Shown here piece after piece: positions 10,800 through 22,221 of a stretch of DNA of 32,000 nt. Location: NCBI RefSeq assembly GCF_023585745.1, contig NZ_CP097762.1, forward strand, positions 480,001 to 512,000, in the 5' to 3' direction. The stretch's first letter is position 1. Every line of letters begins with the position of its first letter. Both the position numbers and the translations under genes were made by a program. This DNA is from Candidatus Saccharimonadota bacterium (GTDB lineage: Bacteria; Pseudomonadota; Gammaproteobacteria; Enterobacterales; Enterobacteriaceae). Below the pieces are notes generated by a model. It saw nothing but the letters and a program-made list of their open reading frames with translations. It was not told the origin of the DNA and did not search any database.

Positions 10800-11612
10800 A
10801 TGGAAATTAGTACACTTCAAATTACATTATTATTTATTGTCTCTTGTGTCATAGGTATGGGCTCAATATTAGACGAGTTTCAATGTCATAGGCCGTTAAT
10901 TGCATGTACACTAATAGGATTAATACTAGGAGATATAAAAACCGGTATTATGATAGGAGGAACCTTAGAAATGATAGCGTTAGGATGGATGAATATAGGA
11001 GCTGCAGTGGCGCCTGATACTGCCTTAGCATCTATCATATCTACTATTTTAGTAATTTTAGGAAAACAACCTATAGGAACAGGAATAGCATTAGCTATTC
11101 CTTTAGCAGCAGCGGGACAAGTATTAACCATTATTGTTCGTACTATTACTGTAGCCTTTCAACACGCCGCTGATACAGCAGCAGAAAAATGTAATATAAC
11201 AATACTAAATTGGATTCATATTTTAGCACTAATGTTACAGGCTATGCGAGTTGCCATTCCAGCTACCGTAGTTGGAATTTCTGTAGGAACTGAAATTGTA
11301 CATAGTATGCTACGTGCAATTCCAGAAGTAATAACTAATGGTTTAAATGTTGCTGGGGGTATAATTGTCGTAGTAGGATACGCTATGGTTATTAATATGA
11401 TGCGAGCTGGATATTTAATGCCATTTTTTTATCTAGGATTTGTTATTACAGCATTCAGTGACTTTAATTTAGTCGCATTAGGTATAATTGGCGTTATACT
11501 AGCTATATTATATATACAGCTTTCTCCACGTTATAATCAAGCTCCAAAAAATAATAACCCTCATACATCAACTATTCAATCTACAAATACACTGGACAAT
11601 GAACTAGATTAA
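10800..11612 (+). CDS. manY: Mannose PTS enzyme IIC component
   Basis: 270 aa. MEISTLQITLLFIVSCVIGMGSILDEFQCHRPLIACTLIGLILGD...GGTLEMIALGWMNIGAAVAPDTALASIISTILVI is nearly identical to E. coli ManY. AGGAAA lies 6 nt upstream of the ATG. Confidence 0.97.
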   Translation: MEISTLQITLLFIVSCVIGMGSILDEFQCHRPLIACTLIGLILGDIKTGIMIGGTLEMIALGWMNIGAAVAPDTALASIISTILVILGKQPIGTGIALAIPLAAAGQVLTIIVRTITVAFQHAADTAAEKCNITILNWIHILALMLQAMRVAIPATVVGISVGTEIVHSMLRAIPEVITNGLNVAGGIIVVVGYAMVINMMRAGYLMPFFYLGFVITAFSDFNLVALGIIGVILAILYIQLSPRYNQAPKNNNPHTSTIQSTNTLDNELD

Positions 11613-11624
11613 TAGGTAATAATA

Positions 11625-12485
11625 ATGATTAATACTTCTAAAATGATCAAAGATACTCAACAAATAAAAAAAATAAACAACAGTGATATACGTGCTGTTT
11701 TTATTCGTTCTAATATTTTTCAAGGGTCCTGGAATTTTGAACGTATGCAAGCTTTAGGGTTTTGTTTTTCTATGATTCCAGTAATAAAACGTTTATATAC
11801 TAAAAATAGTACAGAACAAAAAGAAGCAATTAAAAGACATTTAGAATTTTTTAATACACACCCATATGTTGCTGCTCCTATATTAGGAGTCACTATGGCA
11901 ATGGAAGAAAAAAAAGCTAATGGCGCCTCTGTAGATAATGCTGCTATAAATGGATTAAAAGTAGGATTAATGGGTCCATTTGCTGGAATAGGAGACCCAA
12001 TATTTTGGGGCACTGCTAGACCAGTGTTTGCAGCATTGGGGGCTGGAATTGCTATTAGTGGAAATTTATTAGGACCATGTCTATTTTTCATACTATTTAA
12101 TATAACACGATTAATAGTACGTTACTATGGAATAGTATATGGTTATAAAAAAGGAATTAATATCGTTAATGATATGGGAAAAGGTGTATTACAAAAATTA
12201 ACAGAAGGTGCTTCTATTTTAGGTCTATTTGTGATGGGCGCGTTAGTAAATAAATGGACTCATATCAACATGCCATATGTATTATCTACTGTTACCGATA
12301 ATAGCGGCAATGTAACTATTACTACCGTTCAAAATATCTTGGATCAACTAATGCCGGGTTTTGTGCCTTTATTATTAACATTTATGTGTATGTGGTTGTT
12401 AAACAATAAAATTAACGCATTATGGATAATTATGGGATTTTTTGGATTTGGAATTTTTGGGTATTGGTTTGGTATTTTGAGTTAA
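11625..12485 (+). CDS. manZ: Mannose PTS enzyme IID component
   Basis: 286 aa. FIRSNIFQGSWNFERMQALGFCFSMIPVIKRLY...RHLEFFNTHPYVAAPILGVTMAMEE...GDPIFWGTARPVFAALGAGIA...KLTEGASILGLFVMGALVNKWTH matches E. coli ManZ over its full length. Confidence 0.97.
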   Translation: MINTSKMIKDTQQIKKINNSDIRAVFIRSNIFQGSWNFERMQALGFCFSMIPVIKRLYTKNSTEQKEAIKRHLEFFNTHPYVAAPILGVTMAMEEKKANGASVDNAAINGLKVGLMGPFAGIGDPIFWGTARPVFAALGAGIAISGNLLGPCLFFILFNITRLIVRYYGIVYGYKKGINIVNDMGKGVLQKLTEGASILGLFVMGALVNKWTHINMPYVLSTVTDNSGNVTITTVQNILDQLMPGFVPLLLTFMCMWLLNNKINALWIIMGFFGFGIFGYWFGILS

Positions 12486-12588
12486 AATTATTATATATTA
12501 GTTACCACTAAAATAGAGAGTGAGGGCGCATCAACACAACATTCGCCCTCACTCTCTATTTTAGTGGTAACTAATATATAATAATTTT
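12484..12588. repeat. 45-bp perfect inverted repeat with a 15-nt loop. The GC-rich core plus flanking T-tracts fits a bidirectional intrinsic terminator for the convergent manXYZ and cspC transcripts, but that function is inferred.
   Basis: I paired the arms base by base: 12484-12528 is the exact reverse complement of 12544-12588 (45/45). The loop is CATCAACACAACATT (12529-12543). The core GAGAGTGAGGGCG/CGCCCTCACTCTC is followed by TATTTTA on both strands. The left arm begins within the manZ TAA (12483-12485). Confidence 0.9.
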
Positions 12589-12811
12589 CCTAATTTCATA
12601 TATATAATATCTATAATGAATTATACCAAAACACTAACAACTATTATATTAACTCAAAAAAATCAACTTACAATATATATTAGCATATCACGTATACCAT
12701 CAATAACTTACTACTTATACAATATAATAATCTCCTTGAAGATTTATTTAAAAACACCTAATTATACTATGCAAAATGCTAATAAAAATTAGTATTTTGT
12801 ACTTAAAATTA

Positions 12812-13021
12812 TCACAATGCTATAACATTAACAGCGGACGGACCTTTATGACCATCTTGAATTTCAAATTCAACGTTTTGTCCCTCAGCAAGAGTTTTAA
12901 ATCCATTACCTTGAATAGCAGAAAAATGTACAAATACATCTTTACTACCATCCGACGGAGTAATAAAACCAAAACCTTTAGATTCATTAAACCACTTTAC
13001 TTGACCTTTAATTTTTGCCAT
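12812..13021 (-). CDS. cspC: Cold shock-like protein CspC
   Basis: Track ORF 12812..13099. I moved the start to ATG 13021, with AAGGAA 9 nt upstream (13031-13036 on the + strand). The 69-aa product [69 protein letters not shown] is almost identical to E. coli CspC and closer to it than to CspE. Confidence 0.96.
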   Translation of the reverse strand: MAKIKGQVKWFNESKGFGFITPSDGSKDVFVHFSAIQGNGFKTLAEGQNVEFEIQDGHKGPSAVNVIAL

Positions 13022-13613
13022 CTTACATATTTCCTTTAAAGTATTTACATTTACCACAACAACGATTAAAAGACAAACCGAACTTATTATCTCGAGCAAT
13101 ATTTAAATAAAAGGAAATTACAGTATAGTACAATACTCTCTTTACTAAATTTACTAAAACATCACCTGCACACAGAAACATATATCGGTTTACCTAACAT
13201 TTATTATATACCTTATAACTAAAATAAAAAACACAAAACAATTATATTGTACATAACACTTCTATATTAGAATATAGAAAATTTCTATTTCTAATACTAA
13301 AATAATAAAAATTTAATATAACTAACCTATAATAACTACCCTCCAATCTACAAGATATTTCAAATTAAAAAACAATAAAAATATTAATAATAATTAAACC
13401 AACCTACCTTAATCATTACATTGACAATATAACATTTATTCTTTAATTTGTAAATCTCATGAAACAACCATTTAAATACACAAACAAACAACCGTTATTA
13501 TAACAACAAATATAATATATATTAATTCATACAAAACTATTCGAACAATAAATTTAACAAAAAATTAAAAAATATTTTTACTGCTAAAAATACATTTTAT
13601 TCTATTGATATTT

Positions 13614-14531
13614 TTAAAAATAAGTACCATTACGTAATGCTTCTATACGATGCTCTAAAGAAGGATGTGATGCAAACAAATTACTTAAAATATTAGTTTT
13701 CTTAACACTATTAATATACAATGTCATCACGCTATTGGATATATTATTAGATTCAATATCGCATTGCAATTCTTGTAAAGCACAAATCATATTTTTACAT
13801 CCTACTAACTTTGCTGCTCCAGAATCTGCATAAAATTCACGACGACGTGAAAACCAAAATACTACTATGCTTGCAAGCATTCCAAATAACATTTCTAATA
13901 TTGATGTTATAACAACATATATTAAAGAAGGCGTATCAAAATTATAATGATCATTATCATGCGCGCTAATACTACTATTCCGATCACTGTTATATAACAA
14001 ACAAAATTCAATTAATCTAGAAAGACTACGCGATATAAAAATTACAAAAGTATTCATAACTCCTTGAATAAGAGTCATAGTTACCATATCACCAGAAGCA
14101 ATATGACTAATTTCATGAGCAATAACAGCTTCTATAGAATCTCGACTCATATTTTTTAATAAACTGCTACTAACAGCTATTAATGCTGCATTTTTCCTAA
14201 ACCCAGTAGCAAAAGCATTCATATCTACAGAATCATAAATAGCTAATTGCGGTGCAGAAATACATAATTTTTTAGACTGATTACGAATACTCTCCAATAT
14301 CCAAATTTCCATGTCATTAGATGCTTTATTAATTACAACACCATTAACTGTAGATAAAGCTATAAATTTTGATAACAATAAAGAAATAAACGCTCCCAAA
14401 AAACCAAAAATACTAGCAATTTTTATCAACTCAAATGTACTAGATGAACAATTTCCAATACAACTTAAAACACTACCAAACAATATCATTACTAATAAAT
14501 TTGTAACAATAAACAACATAATACGCATCAT
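13614..14531 (-). CDS. htpX: Membrane-bound zinc metalloprotease HtpX
   Basis: 305 aa. MMRIMLFIVTNLLVMILFG...INAFATGFRKNAALIAVSSSLLKNMS...EAVIAHEISHIASGDMVTMTLIQGVMNTFVIFISR...WFSRRREFYADSGAAKLVG...HPSLEHRIEALR carries the HEXXH motif and is colinear with E. coli HtpX. Confidence 0.95.
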   Translation of the reverse strand: MMRIMLFIVTNLLVMILFGSVLSCIGNCSSSTFELIKIASIFGFLGAFISLLLSKFIALSTVNGVVINKASNDMEIWILESIRNQSKKLCISAPQLAIYDSVDMNAFATGFRKNAALIAVSSSLLKNMSRDSIEAVIAHEISHIASGDMVTMTLIQGVMNTFVIFISRSLSRLIEFCLLYNSDRNSSISAHDNDHYNFDTPSLIYVVITSILEMLFGMLASIVVFWFSRRREFYADSGAAKLVGCKNMICALQELQCDIESNNISNSVMTLYINSVKKTNILSNLFASHPSLEHRIEALRNGTYF

Positions 14532-14720
14532 GAAATTTTATTTTCTCCTAAATAAAATAAATATTTTTATACATACATATATTAATACCGTCCAACAAAG
14601 AATGAGCTAATATATACCAAATAATTTAAATTTCTACATGAATACTCATTCTAAAAACATTCAAAATTTTCTTACAATCCCTACAACAATAATACACTAT
14701 ATAACATAACAATAATATAT

Positions 14721-16211
14721 TTAATATTCATTCCAAATACGTCCGTCTTTAGATATCATACTATTTGAATCTTTAGGACCCCAAGTACCAGCACGATATA
14801 ACTGAAGTTTAGCAAACATCATATTATTTTTACATGTCCAGGATTGTATAACCGAATCAACCCATTTCCAAGATTCTTCTATTTCATCGTGTCGTACAAA
14901 TAAAGCTTGATCTCCACGCATAATTTCTAACAATAAACGCTCATATGCATCAATAAATACATATTCTTTCGAAAAAACTTTATGAAAACTTAAATTTAAA
15001 TCAGTAACTTTTAAACGATGTTGATAGCCTAATCCGGGTATTTTATTCAAAATTTGAATATTTATGCCTTCGTGTGATTGTAATCTAATAATCAACTTAT
15101 TATTCGGTAAATCAACATGTGAATCACAAAATAAATTAATTACTGGCTTTTTAAAAAACACCACAATCTCAGAAAACTTATCTGGTAATCTTTTTCCGGT
15201 ACGCAAATAAAAAGGTACTCCGAACCAACGCCAATTATCTATATTTACACGAATCGATACAAACGTCTCAGTATTACTATTTTTATTAGCGCCTTTTTCT
15301 TCTAAATATCCTGGTACCGGTTTCCCTTTAATAAATCCAGATGTATACTGTCCACGTACCGAAACAAAAGGCATATTACTATTATCAATTTTCCGTAACG
15401 CACGAAGCACTTTAACTTTTTCATCCCTAATATAATCAGCGCTTAAACTAACCGGAGGCGACATAGCTATAATAGTAAGAATTTGTAATAAATGACTTTG
15501 TATCATATCCCGCATTTGACCTATCGCATCAAAATAACCCCAACGACCTTCTATACCTACTTCTTCTGCTACAGTAATTTGCACATGATCTATAGTACTA
15601 TTATCCCAATTTGCAAAAAACAAACAATTTGCAAAACGTAATGCCAATAAATTTAAAATTGTTTCTTTACCTAAATAATGATCCATACGAAAAATTTGTT
15701 TTTCTTCAAAATATTTTGCAATTTGTGCATTAATACATCGAGCAGAAACCAAATCAGTTCCTAATGGTTTTTCTACTACTACACGATTCATTGTTTTATT
15801 TAAACCAATAGAACTCAAACCTTTACATATAGAACCAAAAGTACTAGAAGGAGTTGCAAAATAATGTATTGTCACAATATCTAAATTTTTTATTTTATCT
15901 AATAAACACACAAAACGTTCAGTATGACACACATCTAAATTGCAAAAATCAATCCGATTACTTAAAATATTCCAAATAGATTCCTCAATCGGTTCCCGTA
16001 TAAATTTTTTTAAAGCAACATATATAAATTCAATATATAAAAATATATCCCATTTAGCACGACCTACACCAACAACACGTGTATCCGGATGCATAACACC
16101 TAATTTCTCTAGTTGATATAATGATGGAAATAATTTCCTACACGCTAAATCACCTTTAGCTCCGAAAATAATTAAGTTACATGCTTGAAGCGCATAAGGC
16201 ATTGATTGCAT
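14721..16211 (-). CDS. zwf: Glucose-6-phosphate 1-dehydrogenase
   Basis: 496 aa. LIIFGAKGDLACRKLFPSLYQLEK...VEKPLGTDL...RMDHYLGKETILNLLALRFAN...IDHVQITVAEEVGIEGRWGYFD..GQMRDMIQSHLLQIL...RGQYTSG...NTETFVSIRVNIDNWRWFGVPFYLRTGKRLP matches E. coli Zwf over its full length. Confidence 0.97.
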   Translation of the reverse strand: MQSMPYALQACNLIIFGAKGDLACRKLFPSLYQLEKLGVMHPDTRVVGVGRAKWDIFLYIEFIYVALKKFIREPIEESIWNILSNRIDFCNLDVCHTERFVCLLDKIKNLDIVTIHYFATPSSTFGSICKGLSSIGLNKTMNRVVVEKPLGTDLVSARCINAQIAKYFEEKQIFRMDHYLGKETILNLLALRFANCLFFANWDNSTIDHVQITVAEEVGIEGRWGYFDAIGQMRDMIQSHLLQILTIIAMSPPVSLSADYIRDEKVKVLRALRKIDNSNMPFVSVRGQYTSGFIKGKPVPGYLEEKGANKNSNTETFVSIRVNIDNWRWFGVPFYLRTGKRLPDKFSEIVVFFKKPVINLFCDSHVDLPNNKLIIRLQSHEGINIQILNKIPGLGYQHRLKVTDLNLSFHKVFSKEYVFIDAYERLLLEIMRGDQALFVRHDEIEESWKWVDSVIQSWTCKNNMMFAKLQLYRAGTWGPKDSNSMISKDGRIWNEY

Positions 16212-16736
16212 ATTAATTCTCTGATTTTAGAAATACAACACTTTTAATAACATTTAAAATATAAAAATATTAAACCGTATAATAAAACATACACATCATA
16301 AATATATAAATTTACACAAGTAAAACCGTTTAATTCTATTGAATACTGTATATAGAATACAACCTAAATATAATTAAATGATTATAGAATCATTATATTT
16401 TATATATCTATAAGTAGATATCATACAAATACTCAATAACAAACGCTATATATCCCACAACACACACACTTAAAAATATCACAATAAACCAAAAAAATTT
16501 TTGGTACAAAATATCAAAATTAATTAAATTACATAAATTATAATTTAAATAAAATTTTTTTCCATATAAAATACAAACAATTATAAATATTATCAATTTA
16601 ATATCACTTGATTATATTATCAATCTTTTTAAAAATTTATCAAATTGTTTAAAGATATCGATAGCAAATGTTAAAATTATATTGATATATAAAATATCCT
16701 GTATAAAACCATATCCTAAACAATAAAGGAGTTTAC

Positions 16737-18179
16737 ATGACACAATTATTTAGAAGAACCAAAATTATTGCTACTTTAGGTCCTTCTACTGATAAAAATA
16801 ACAATCTTGAAAAAATCATTATTTCAGGAGCAGATATTGTACGATTAAATTTTTCTCATGGCGATAAAAAAAAACACTTCATACGAGCAAAAAAAGTACG
16901 AGAAATAGCCAATAAACTCGGAAAGTTTATTGCTATCTTAGGAGATTTACAAGGACCTAAAATTCGGATTTCAACTTCATATGGCAAATCAGTACTGCTA
17001 AAACATGGAGATAATCTATTGCTAGATCCAATAACAAAAAATAATAAAAATCATTATAAATGTCTAGGAGTAGATTATGAAAATCTTGGAGAAGATGTGC
17101 AACCAGGAGATTTATTACTGCTAGACGACGGAAAAATTCAAATAAAAGTTATAAAAATTCATAACAATAAAATCTTTACTACAGTTATTACCGGAGGAAT
17201 ATTATCTAATAATAAAGGACTCAATAAATTAGGGGGCGGGCTTAGCGCTAAAGTCTTAACAGAAAAAGATAAAATAGATATAATCACTGCAGCGGAAATA
17301 GGAGTAGATTATTTAGCAATATCTTTTCCTAGGAGTAGCATAGACTTAAATGATGCGCGAAAATTAATTAAAAAAGCTGGAAGTCATGCAAAAATTATCT
17401 CCAAAATAGAACGAGCAGAAGTAGTAGTTTCTAATGAAACAATAGATGATATTATTACTGCATCAGATGCTGTAATGGTAGCACGCGGAGATTTAGGAGT
17501 AGAAATTGGAGAACCAGCATTAGTAGAGATACAAAAAAAAATAATAAACAGAGCGCGTATTCATAATCGAGCAGTCATTACTGCTACACAAATGATGGAA
17601 TCGATGATATATAACCCCATGCCTACAAGAGCTGAAATTATGGATGTAGCTAACGCAGTATTAGATGGAACTGATGCAGTAATGTTATCTGCTGAAACCG
17701 CTACAGGACAATATCCATCCGAAACTGTAGCTACTATGGCTAAAGTATGCTTAGGAGCTGAAAAAATTTCAGATCCCAACTATTTAACTAATTTTAATTA
17801 TAAAAAAAAAATTAAAAATACTGATGAAGCTATTGCTATAGCCGCTATGTATACAGCGAACAATTTGGAAGGAGTTAAAGCTATAATTGCTTTAACTGAA
17901 TTTGAAAATACTACACTGTTAATGTCTCGAATCAATTCAAAATTACCTATTTTTGCATTATCACATCATAAACATATTTTAAATATTATGACTCTATACA
18001 AAGGGGTAATTCCGATTTATTTTCATAGAACTACAGATAATTTTACAGATGCTAGATACGCTAGTAATTTACTATATAAAAAGGACTTTATATTACCCGG
18101 AGAACTAGTAGTTATAATACAAAATAATACGCACTCTAAATGTAGAGTTACCAATATTAGTTATATTTTACAAGTGTAA
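16737..18179 (+). CDS. pykA: Pyruvate kinase II (AMP-activated type)
   Basis: 480 aa, the same length as E. coli Pyk[37 protein letters not shown]...[13 protein letters not shown]...[20 protein letters not shown]...[12 protein letters not shown]...[55 protein letters not shown] is conserved. AGGAG lies 6 nt upstream of the ATG. Confidence 0.97.
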   Translation: MTQLFRRTKIIATLGPSTDKNNNLEKIIISGADIVRLNFSHGDKKKHFIRAKKVREIANKLGKFIAILGDLQGPKIRISTSYGKSVLLKHGDNLLLDPITKNNKNHYKCLGVDYENLGEDVQPGDLLLLDDGKIQIKVIKIHNNKIFTTVITGGILSNNKGLNKLGGGLSAKVLTEKDKIDIITAAEIGVDYLAISFPRSSIDLNDARKLIKKAGSHAKIISKIERAEVVVSNETIDDIITASDAVMVARGDLGVEIGEPALVEIQKKIINRARIHNRAVITATQMMESMIYNPMPTRAEIMDVANAVLDGTDAVMLSAETATGQYPSETVATMAKVCLGAEKISDPNYLTNFNYKKKIKNTDEAIAIAAMYTANNLEGVKAIIALTEFENTTLLMSRINSKLPIFALSHHKHILNIMTLYKGVIPIYFHRTTDNFTDARYASNLLYKKDFILPGELVVIIQNNTHSKCRVTNISYILQV

Positions 18180-18332
18180 TTGTTTAACATACTATATAAA
18201 ATTTCAATATATAAATATATGACCATTAAATTTCTATATTTTTAAAAAATATATAGACTCCTACATTTAATGTATTTGCAAATTTTACGTAATTAAAATT
18301 GAATAAAATGTAAAAATTTATTTAAGTAAAAT

Positions 18333-19751
18333 TTAATCAAAATGTAACACAGAAGAAATCTTTTTTATTTGCTCTAAAAATATTAGACGTTCACTACCTA
18401 ATAATTTCTCAACATTTACAATATTAAAAGTTAATGGATTTACAGGACGATGATTAATCCACATTTCAAAATGCAAATGGGGTCCAGTAGACCTACCAGT
18501 ATTACCAGATAATGCTATTTTTTCTCCCCTTATCACTTTTTGCCCAGAATATACTAAAACCTTTTTTAAATGCATATATCGCGTTACACAAAAACATCCA
18601 TGTTTAATAGCAATATAATTACCAGCAATTTTACTATACTTACTTACAATAACTTCACCGTCTCCTACAGAACAAATAGGTGTTCCAACTGGAACAGCAA
18701 AATCAACTCCAGCATGCGGGGACACTTTACCAGTTACAGGATTTAATCTATTTAAATTAAAGTTAGATGATATACGAAATGCTCTACCTATTGGAAAACG
18801 TATGAAATTCTGCCCTAATCGCATAGCTTCTCTATCATAAAATTGACCATTATTTGCTCGAAAAATATAATAATTTTTTCCGGAAGTATACAATCTAGCT
18901 CCTATAAGCTTACCATCTACAATATGATTATTTTGCAATATTACAGAAATTAATATGGCAAACCTATCGCCCTTATGTAATTTTCTAAAATCTAATTGAT
19001 ATTGCAGCGCATTAACTACATCTTTAATATACTTCTCTTTAATTCCTAAAGAACGAGCACCCTCAATAAATGTTCCATTTCTTAACTCACCTATAAATAA
19101 AATAGCAGGAGTTATTTCATTACCTAATAAATTTAAAAATTTAATCACACCTTTTACAAAAGAGGTATCAATATTTTTTAAAAAAATATCAATATTTCTA
19201 TCAGAACAATTAGCAATCATCAGGAAAGACATTATTTTTTTTATCGTAACGATCCACCAAAATAATATTTGGTCTATATATCTATTTTTTAATGCCAGAG
19301 ATTGTTTTATTACAACCATAATACCTGATCTATTTACATCATAAAACCCACTGTCCAACACCTTTAGTCTAGTATTAAAAATATTATTTTTCTCTGATAT
19401 ATTAGAAATTGTGCAAAAATCCTGTGATAATTTTTTGTTATATAAACAAATACTATATAATAAAAAATTATCATAAGATTTGTAACTAATTTTTTTTTTA
19501 TTTTTTACACAATCGTCACTGTAATAGAAATCATTACTTCTAATAAAAAAAATTGCTTTATTAAAATGCTTGTTGTTTCTATTTAATGTGTTTTGAATTA
19601 AAGATTTCCAAATAACCATAATTATAAATATAGATAACACAAACAACATTGCAAAAAAATATTTATACAAATAACGATATACCAATCTCAAAAAACTAAC
19701 TATTACATCACACCAAATACTGATTTGTATCTTTATACTGTAATATCTCAA
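18333..19751 (-). CDS. mepM: Murein DD-endopeptidase MepM (YebA), LytM/M23 family; the start is uncertain
   Basis: The C-terminal two thirds are colinear with E. coli MepM (LDFRKLHKGDRFAILI...FIRFPIGRAFRISSNFNLNRLNPVTGKVSPHAGVDFAVPVGTPI...TRYMHLKK...GEKIALSGNTGRSTGPHLHFEMWIN). TTG 19751 is preceded by AGGAA 6 nt upstream. The first ATG (19649) has no Shine-Dalgarno sequence and would give 438 aa. Confidence 0.88.
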   Translation of the reverse strand: MRYYSIKIQISIWCDVIVSFLRLVYRYLYKYFFAMLFVLSIFIIMVIWKSLIQNTLNRNNKHFNKAIFFIRSNDFYYSDDCVKNKKKISYKSYDNFLLYSICLYNKKLSQDFCTISNISEKNNIFNTRLKVLDSGFYDVNRSGIMVVIKQSLALKNRYIDQILFWWIVTIKKIMSFLMIANCSDRNIDIFLKNIDTSFVKGVIKFLNLLGNEITPAILFIGELRNGTFIEGARSLGIKEKYIKDVVNALQYQLDFRKLHKGDRFAILISVILQNNHIVDGKLIGARLYTSGKNYYIFRANNGQFYDREAMRLGQNFIRFPIGRAFRISSNFNLNRLNPVTGKVSPHAGVDFAVPVGTPICSVGDGEVIVSKYSKIAGNYIAIKHGCFCVTRYMHLKKVLVYSGQKVIRGEKIALSGNTGRSTGPHLHFEMWINHRPVNPLTFNIVNVEKLLGSERLIFLEQIKKISSVLHFD

Positions 19752-20028
19752 AAAATATTCCTAATAAAATTAAAACATAAAAATAAAATAAAAATTTTAA
19801 TTTGTATACCTACATATCTATACACATATATGTAATCTGCATCATTAGATTTACGAATTAATACTTCATATATTTTACTAAAATAAAATTTTATTCTTTA
19901 CTTTTAAAAATTTAATGTTTATTCACTCACTTTAATATATGATTAATTTATAATGTGCTCATACACATATTCAATAATTTTCTAAAAATCAAGAATTATA
20001 ATTATCTAAATACTCCATAGTAAAACCA

Positions 20029-21756
20029 CTAATCAGGAGCATCAACCATAATATCTGTCCCTGCTGTAGTTTTAGGAAAAGCAATTACATCTCTAATATT
20101 TTTAGAACCAGTTAATAACATAACTAAACGATCTAATCCCAGCGCTAATCCAGCATGTGGAGGTGCTCCATACTTTAATGCTTCTATTAAATAACCAAAT
20201 TTTTTTCGTTGTTGTTGCAAAGAAATTCCTAAAATATTAAACACCGCCTCTTGCATATCAAATAAATTAATACGCATAGACCCACTACCCACTTCACACC
20301 CATTTATCACCATATCATATGCTTCTGAAGTTGCTAATAACGGATTACTTAATAACTCCCTAACATCACAATTTTTAGGAGCAGTAAACATATGATGCAT
20401 AGAAACTAATTTATTATCATCGTTTTTTTTAAACATTGGAAAATCTACTATCCATAATGGCGCCCAAATATTTCTCTTAACTAAAGATAAATTATCACCC
20501 AGTTGATTTCTTAAAGAATCTAACAAACTTATATCAAATTTATTATTTTTGTTGTGACTAATACCAAAAAATAAAAGATCATTATTTCTAATAATTATTT
20601 GCTGTAATAAAAAATCTATCTCAGATACTGTCATAAAACCATTAATTAATTTTTTCATTTCTTTTACTATTTTTTCACCAACTACATCAATTTTTAACCA
20701 TATTAATTTCTGTAAATTACATGTTTCTAAATAACTAATACATCTATTAAATTGTATTTTAGATAAATTTATTCCATTAGTAATTTTAATTGCAACAATC
20801 TGTATATTCCTATTGTTTATATCTGGAGACAATAAATTACCTCTCAACATCGATTGACATAAATGCGTAATATCAAAAATTTCTACGGGATTCCTCAAAT
20901 CAGGAGCACTAGAACCGAAACGTCGCATCACTTCAGCATATGTAAACTGCGAAAACTTATCTAATTCTACATTCAAAATTTTTTTCCAAATAACTCTAAT
21001 TAACATCTCCATAAGGAAACGTATTTTGGATGCTTCCATAAAAGAAGTTTCAACATCAATCTGCGTAAATTCTGGCTGACGCCCTGCACGTAAATCTTCA
21101 TCTCTAAAACATTTAGCTATTTGATAATATCTATCAAATCCAGCAATCATTAATAGCTGTTTAAATACCTGAGGTGATTGAGGTAATGCATAATTTTTAC
21201 CTGCATGTAACCTACTAGGAACAATATAATTACGTGAACCTTCTGGAGTACCCTTCGTTAATATTGGCGTCTCAATATTTAAAAAACCTTCTAACTCCAT
21301 AAAATTATGAACAATTGATATAACACGAGATCGTATTTTTATACGACTCAACATAGATGTAGATCTTAGATCAAGATAACGATACTTTAATCTATTCTCC
21401 TCAAAATTCTTTTGGTTAATATTTAATGGTAATGGATCAGAGCTATTTAAAATAAAAACAGATTCTGCAGCTATTTCAATTTCACCTGTAGATATATCAT
21501 AATTAATTTGGTTTTTTGGTCTTTCTTTAACTATACCTATAACTTTTATACAAAATTCCGGTTTTAATATTACTGCAGACTCATACATTTCTTTGTATTG
21601 CATAATATCAAAACATACTTGTACATAACCTTCTCTATCACGTAAATCTACAAAAATTAATTTACCAAAATTACGATATCTATTCACCCAACCACATAAC
21701 ACTACTTTTAAACCTTTATGAGATATATTTAATTGCCCACAATATGCAGTACGCAT
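20029..21756 (-). CDS. aspS: Aspartate--tRNA ligase
   Basis: 575 aa. [43 protein letters not shown]...[10 protein letters not shown]...[13 protein letters not shown]...[49 protein letters not shown]...[26 protein letters not shown] carries the class II motifs and is colinear with E. coli AspRS. AAGGA lies 5 nt upstream of the ATG. Confidence 0.97.
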   Translation of the reverse strand: MRTAYCGQLNISHKGLKVVLCGWVNRYRNFGKLIFVDLRDREGYVQVCFDIMQYKEMYESAVILKPEFCIKVIGIVKERPKNQINYDISTGEIEIAAESVFILNSSDPLPLNINQKNFEENRLKYRYLDLRSTSMLSRIKIRSRVISIVHNFMELEGFLNIETPILTKGTPEGSRNYIVPSRLHAGKNYALPQSPQVFKQLLMIAGFDRYYQIAKCFRDEDLRAGRQPEFTQIDVETSFMEASKIRFLMEMLIRVIWKKILNVELDKFSQFTYAEVMRRFGSSAPDLRNPVEIFDITHLCQSMLRGNLLSPDINNRNIQIVAIKITNGINLSKIQFNRCISYLETCNLQKLIWLKIDVVGEKIVKEMKKLINGFMTVSEIDFLLQQIIIRNNDLLFFGISHNKNNKFDISLLDSLRNQLGDNLSLVKRNIWAPLWIVDFPMFKKNDDNKLVSMHHMFTAPKNCDVRELLSNPLLATSEAYDMVINGCEVGSGSMRINLFDMQEAVFNILGISLQQQRKKFGYLIEALKYGAPPHAGLALGLDRLVMLLTGSKNIRDVIAFPKTTAGTDIMVDAPD

Positions 21757-22221
21757 AAAAAATCCTTAATTTATTAACTTTATTAATAATATACTATTTA
21801 CTATATAGTACTTGTAATATACATATATAACAATCTTCATATAAAACAATCCATGTTATTCCTATCGATCACAAACCATATAAATAATATTTATCTTTTT
21901 ATTAAAACTATCTTAATAAGATTACATATAAATAATCTATATAATAGAATATAAACTTACAATGTTTCATTGCATCATATATAACTTATATTTAAATACT
22001 CTAAATTACTAAAATATGTAAAATATATAAATATATAAACAATCCCAAAAAACTTTTAATATAAACTCATTATATGATTAATACCAATATTATTAATATT
22101 AAAGTGTAATATTTCTATAGAATATTTATTATTATAAACAATAAGCTATTACAACTTACAAAAATATTTTTGTACACAAATTATCTTCAATTAAAATTAC
22201 ACATACCTTTAAATAACTTAT

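Noticed and set aside
13561-13592. A hairpin TATTTTTA-CTGC-TAAAAATA followed, on the minus strand, by a T-run, 20 nt downstream of the htpX stop; possible htpX terminator.
   Set aside because: An 8-bp all-A/T stem is expected many times by chance here and would be thermodynamically very weak, so it is not reported as a feature.
16408-16596. A 62-aa hydrophobic ORF (TTG start) in the zwf/pykA divergent spacer; possible small membrane protein.
   Set aside because: It has a non-ATG start and no Shine-Dalgarno sequence. Its F/I/L/Y/N-rich composition is what random translation of A+T-rich DNA gives, and at 62 aa it sits barely above the smallest ORFs the track lists.
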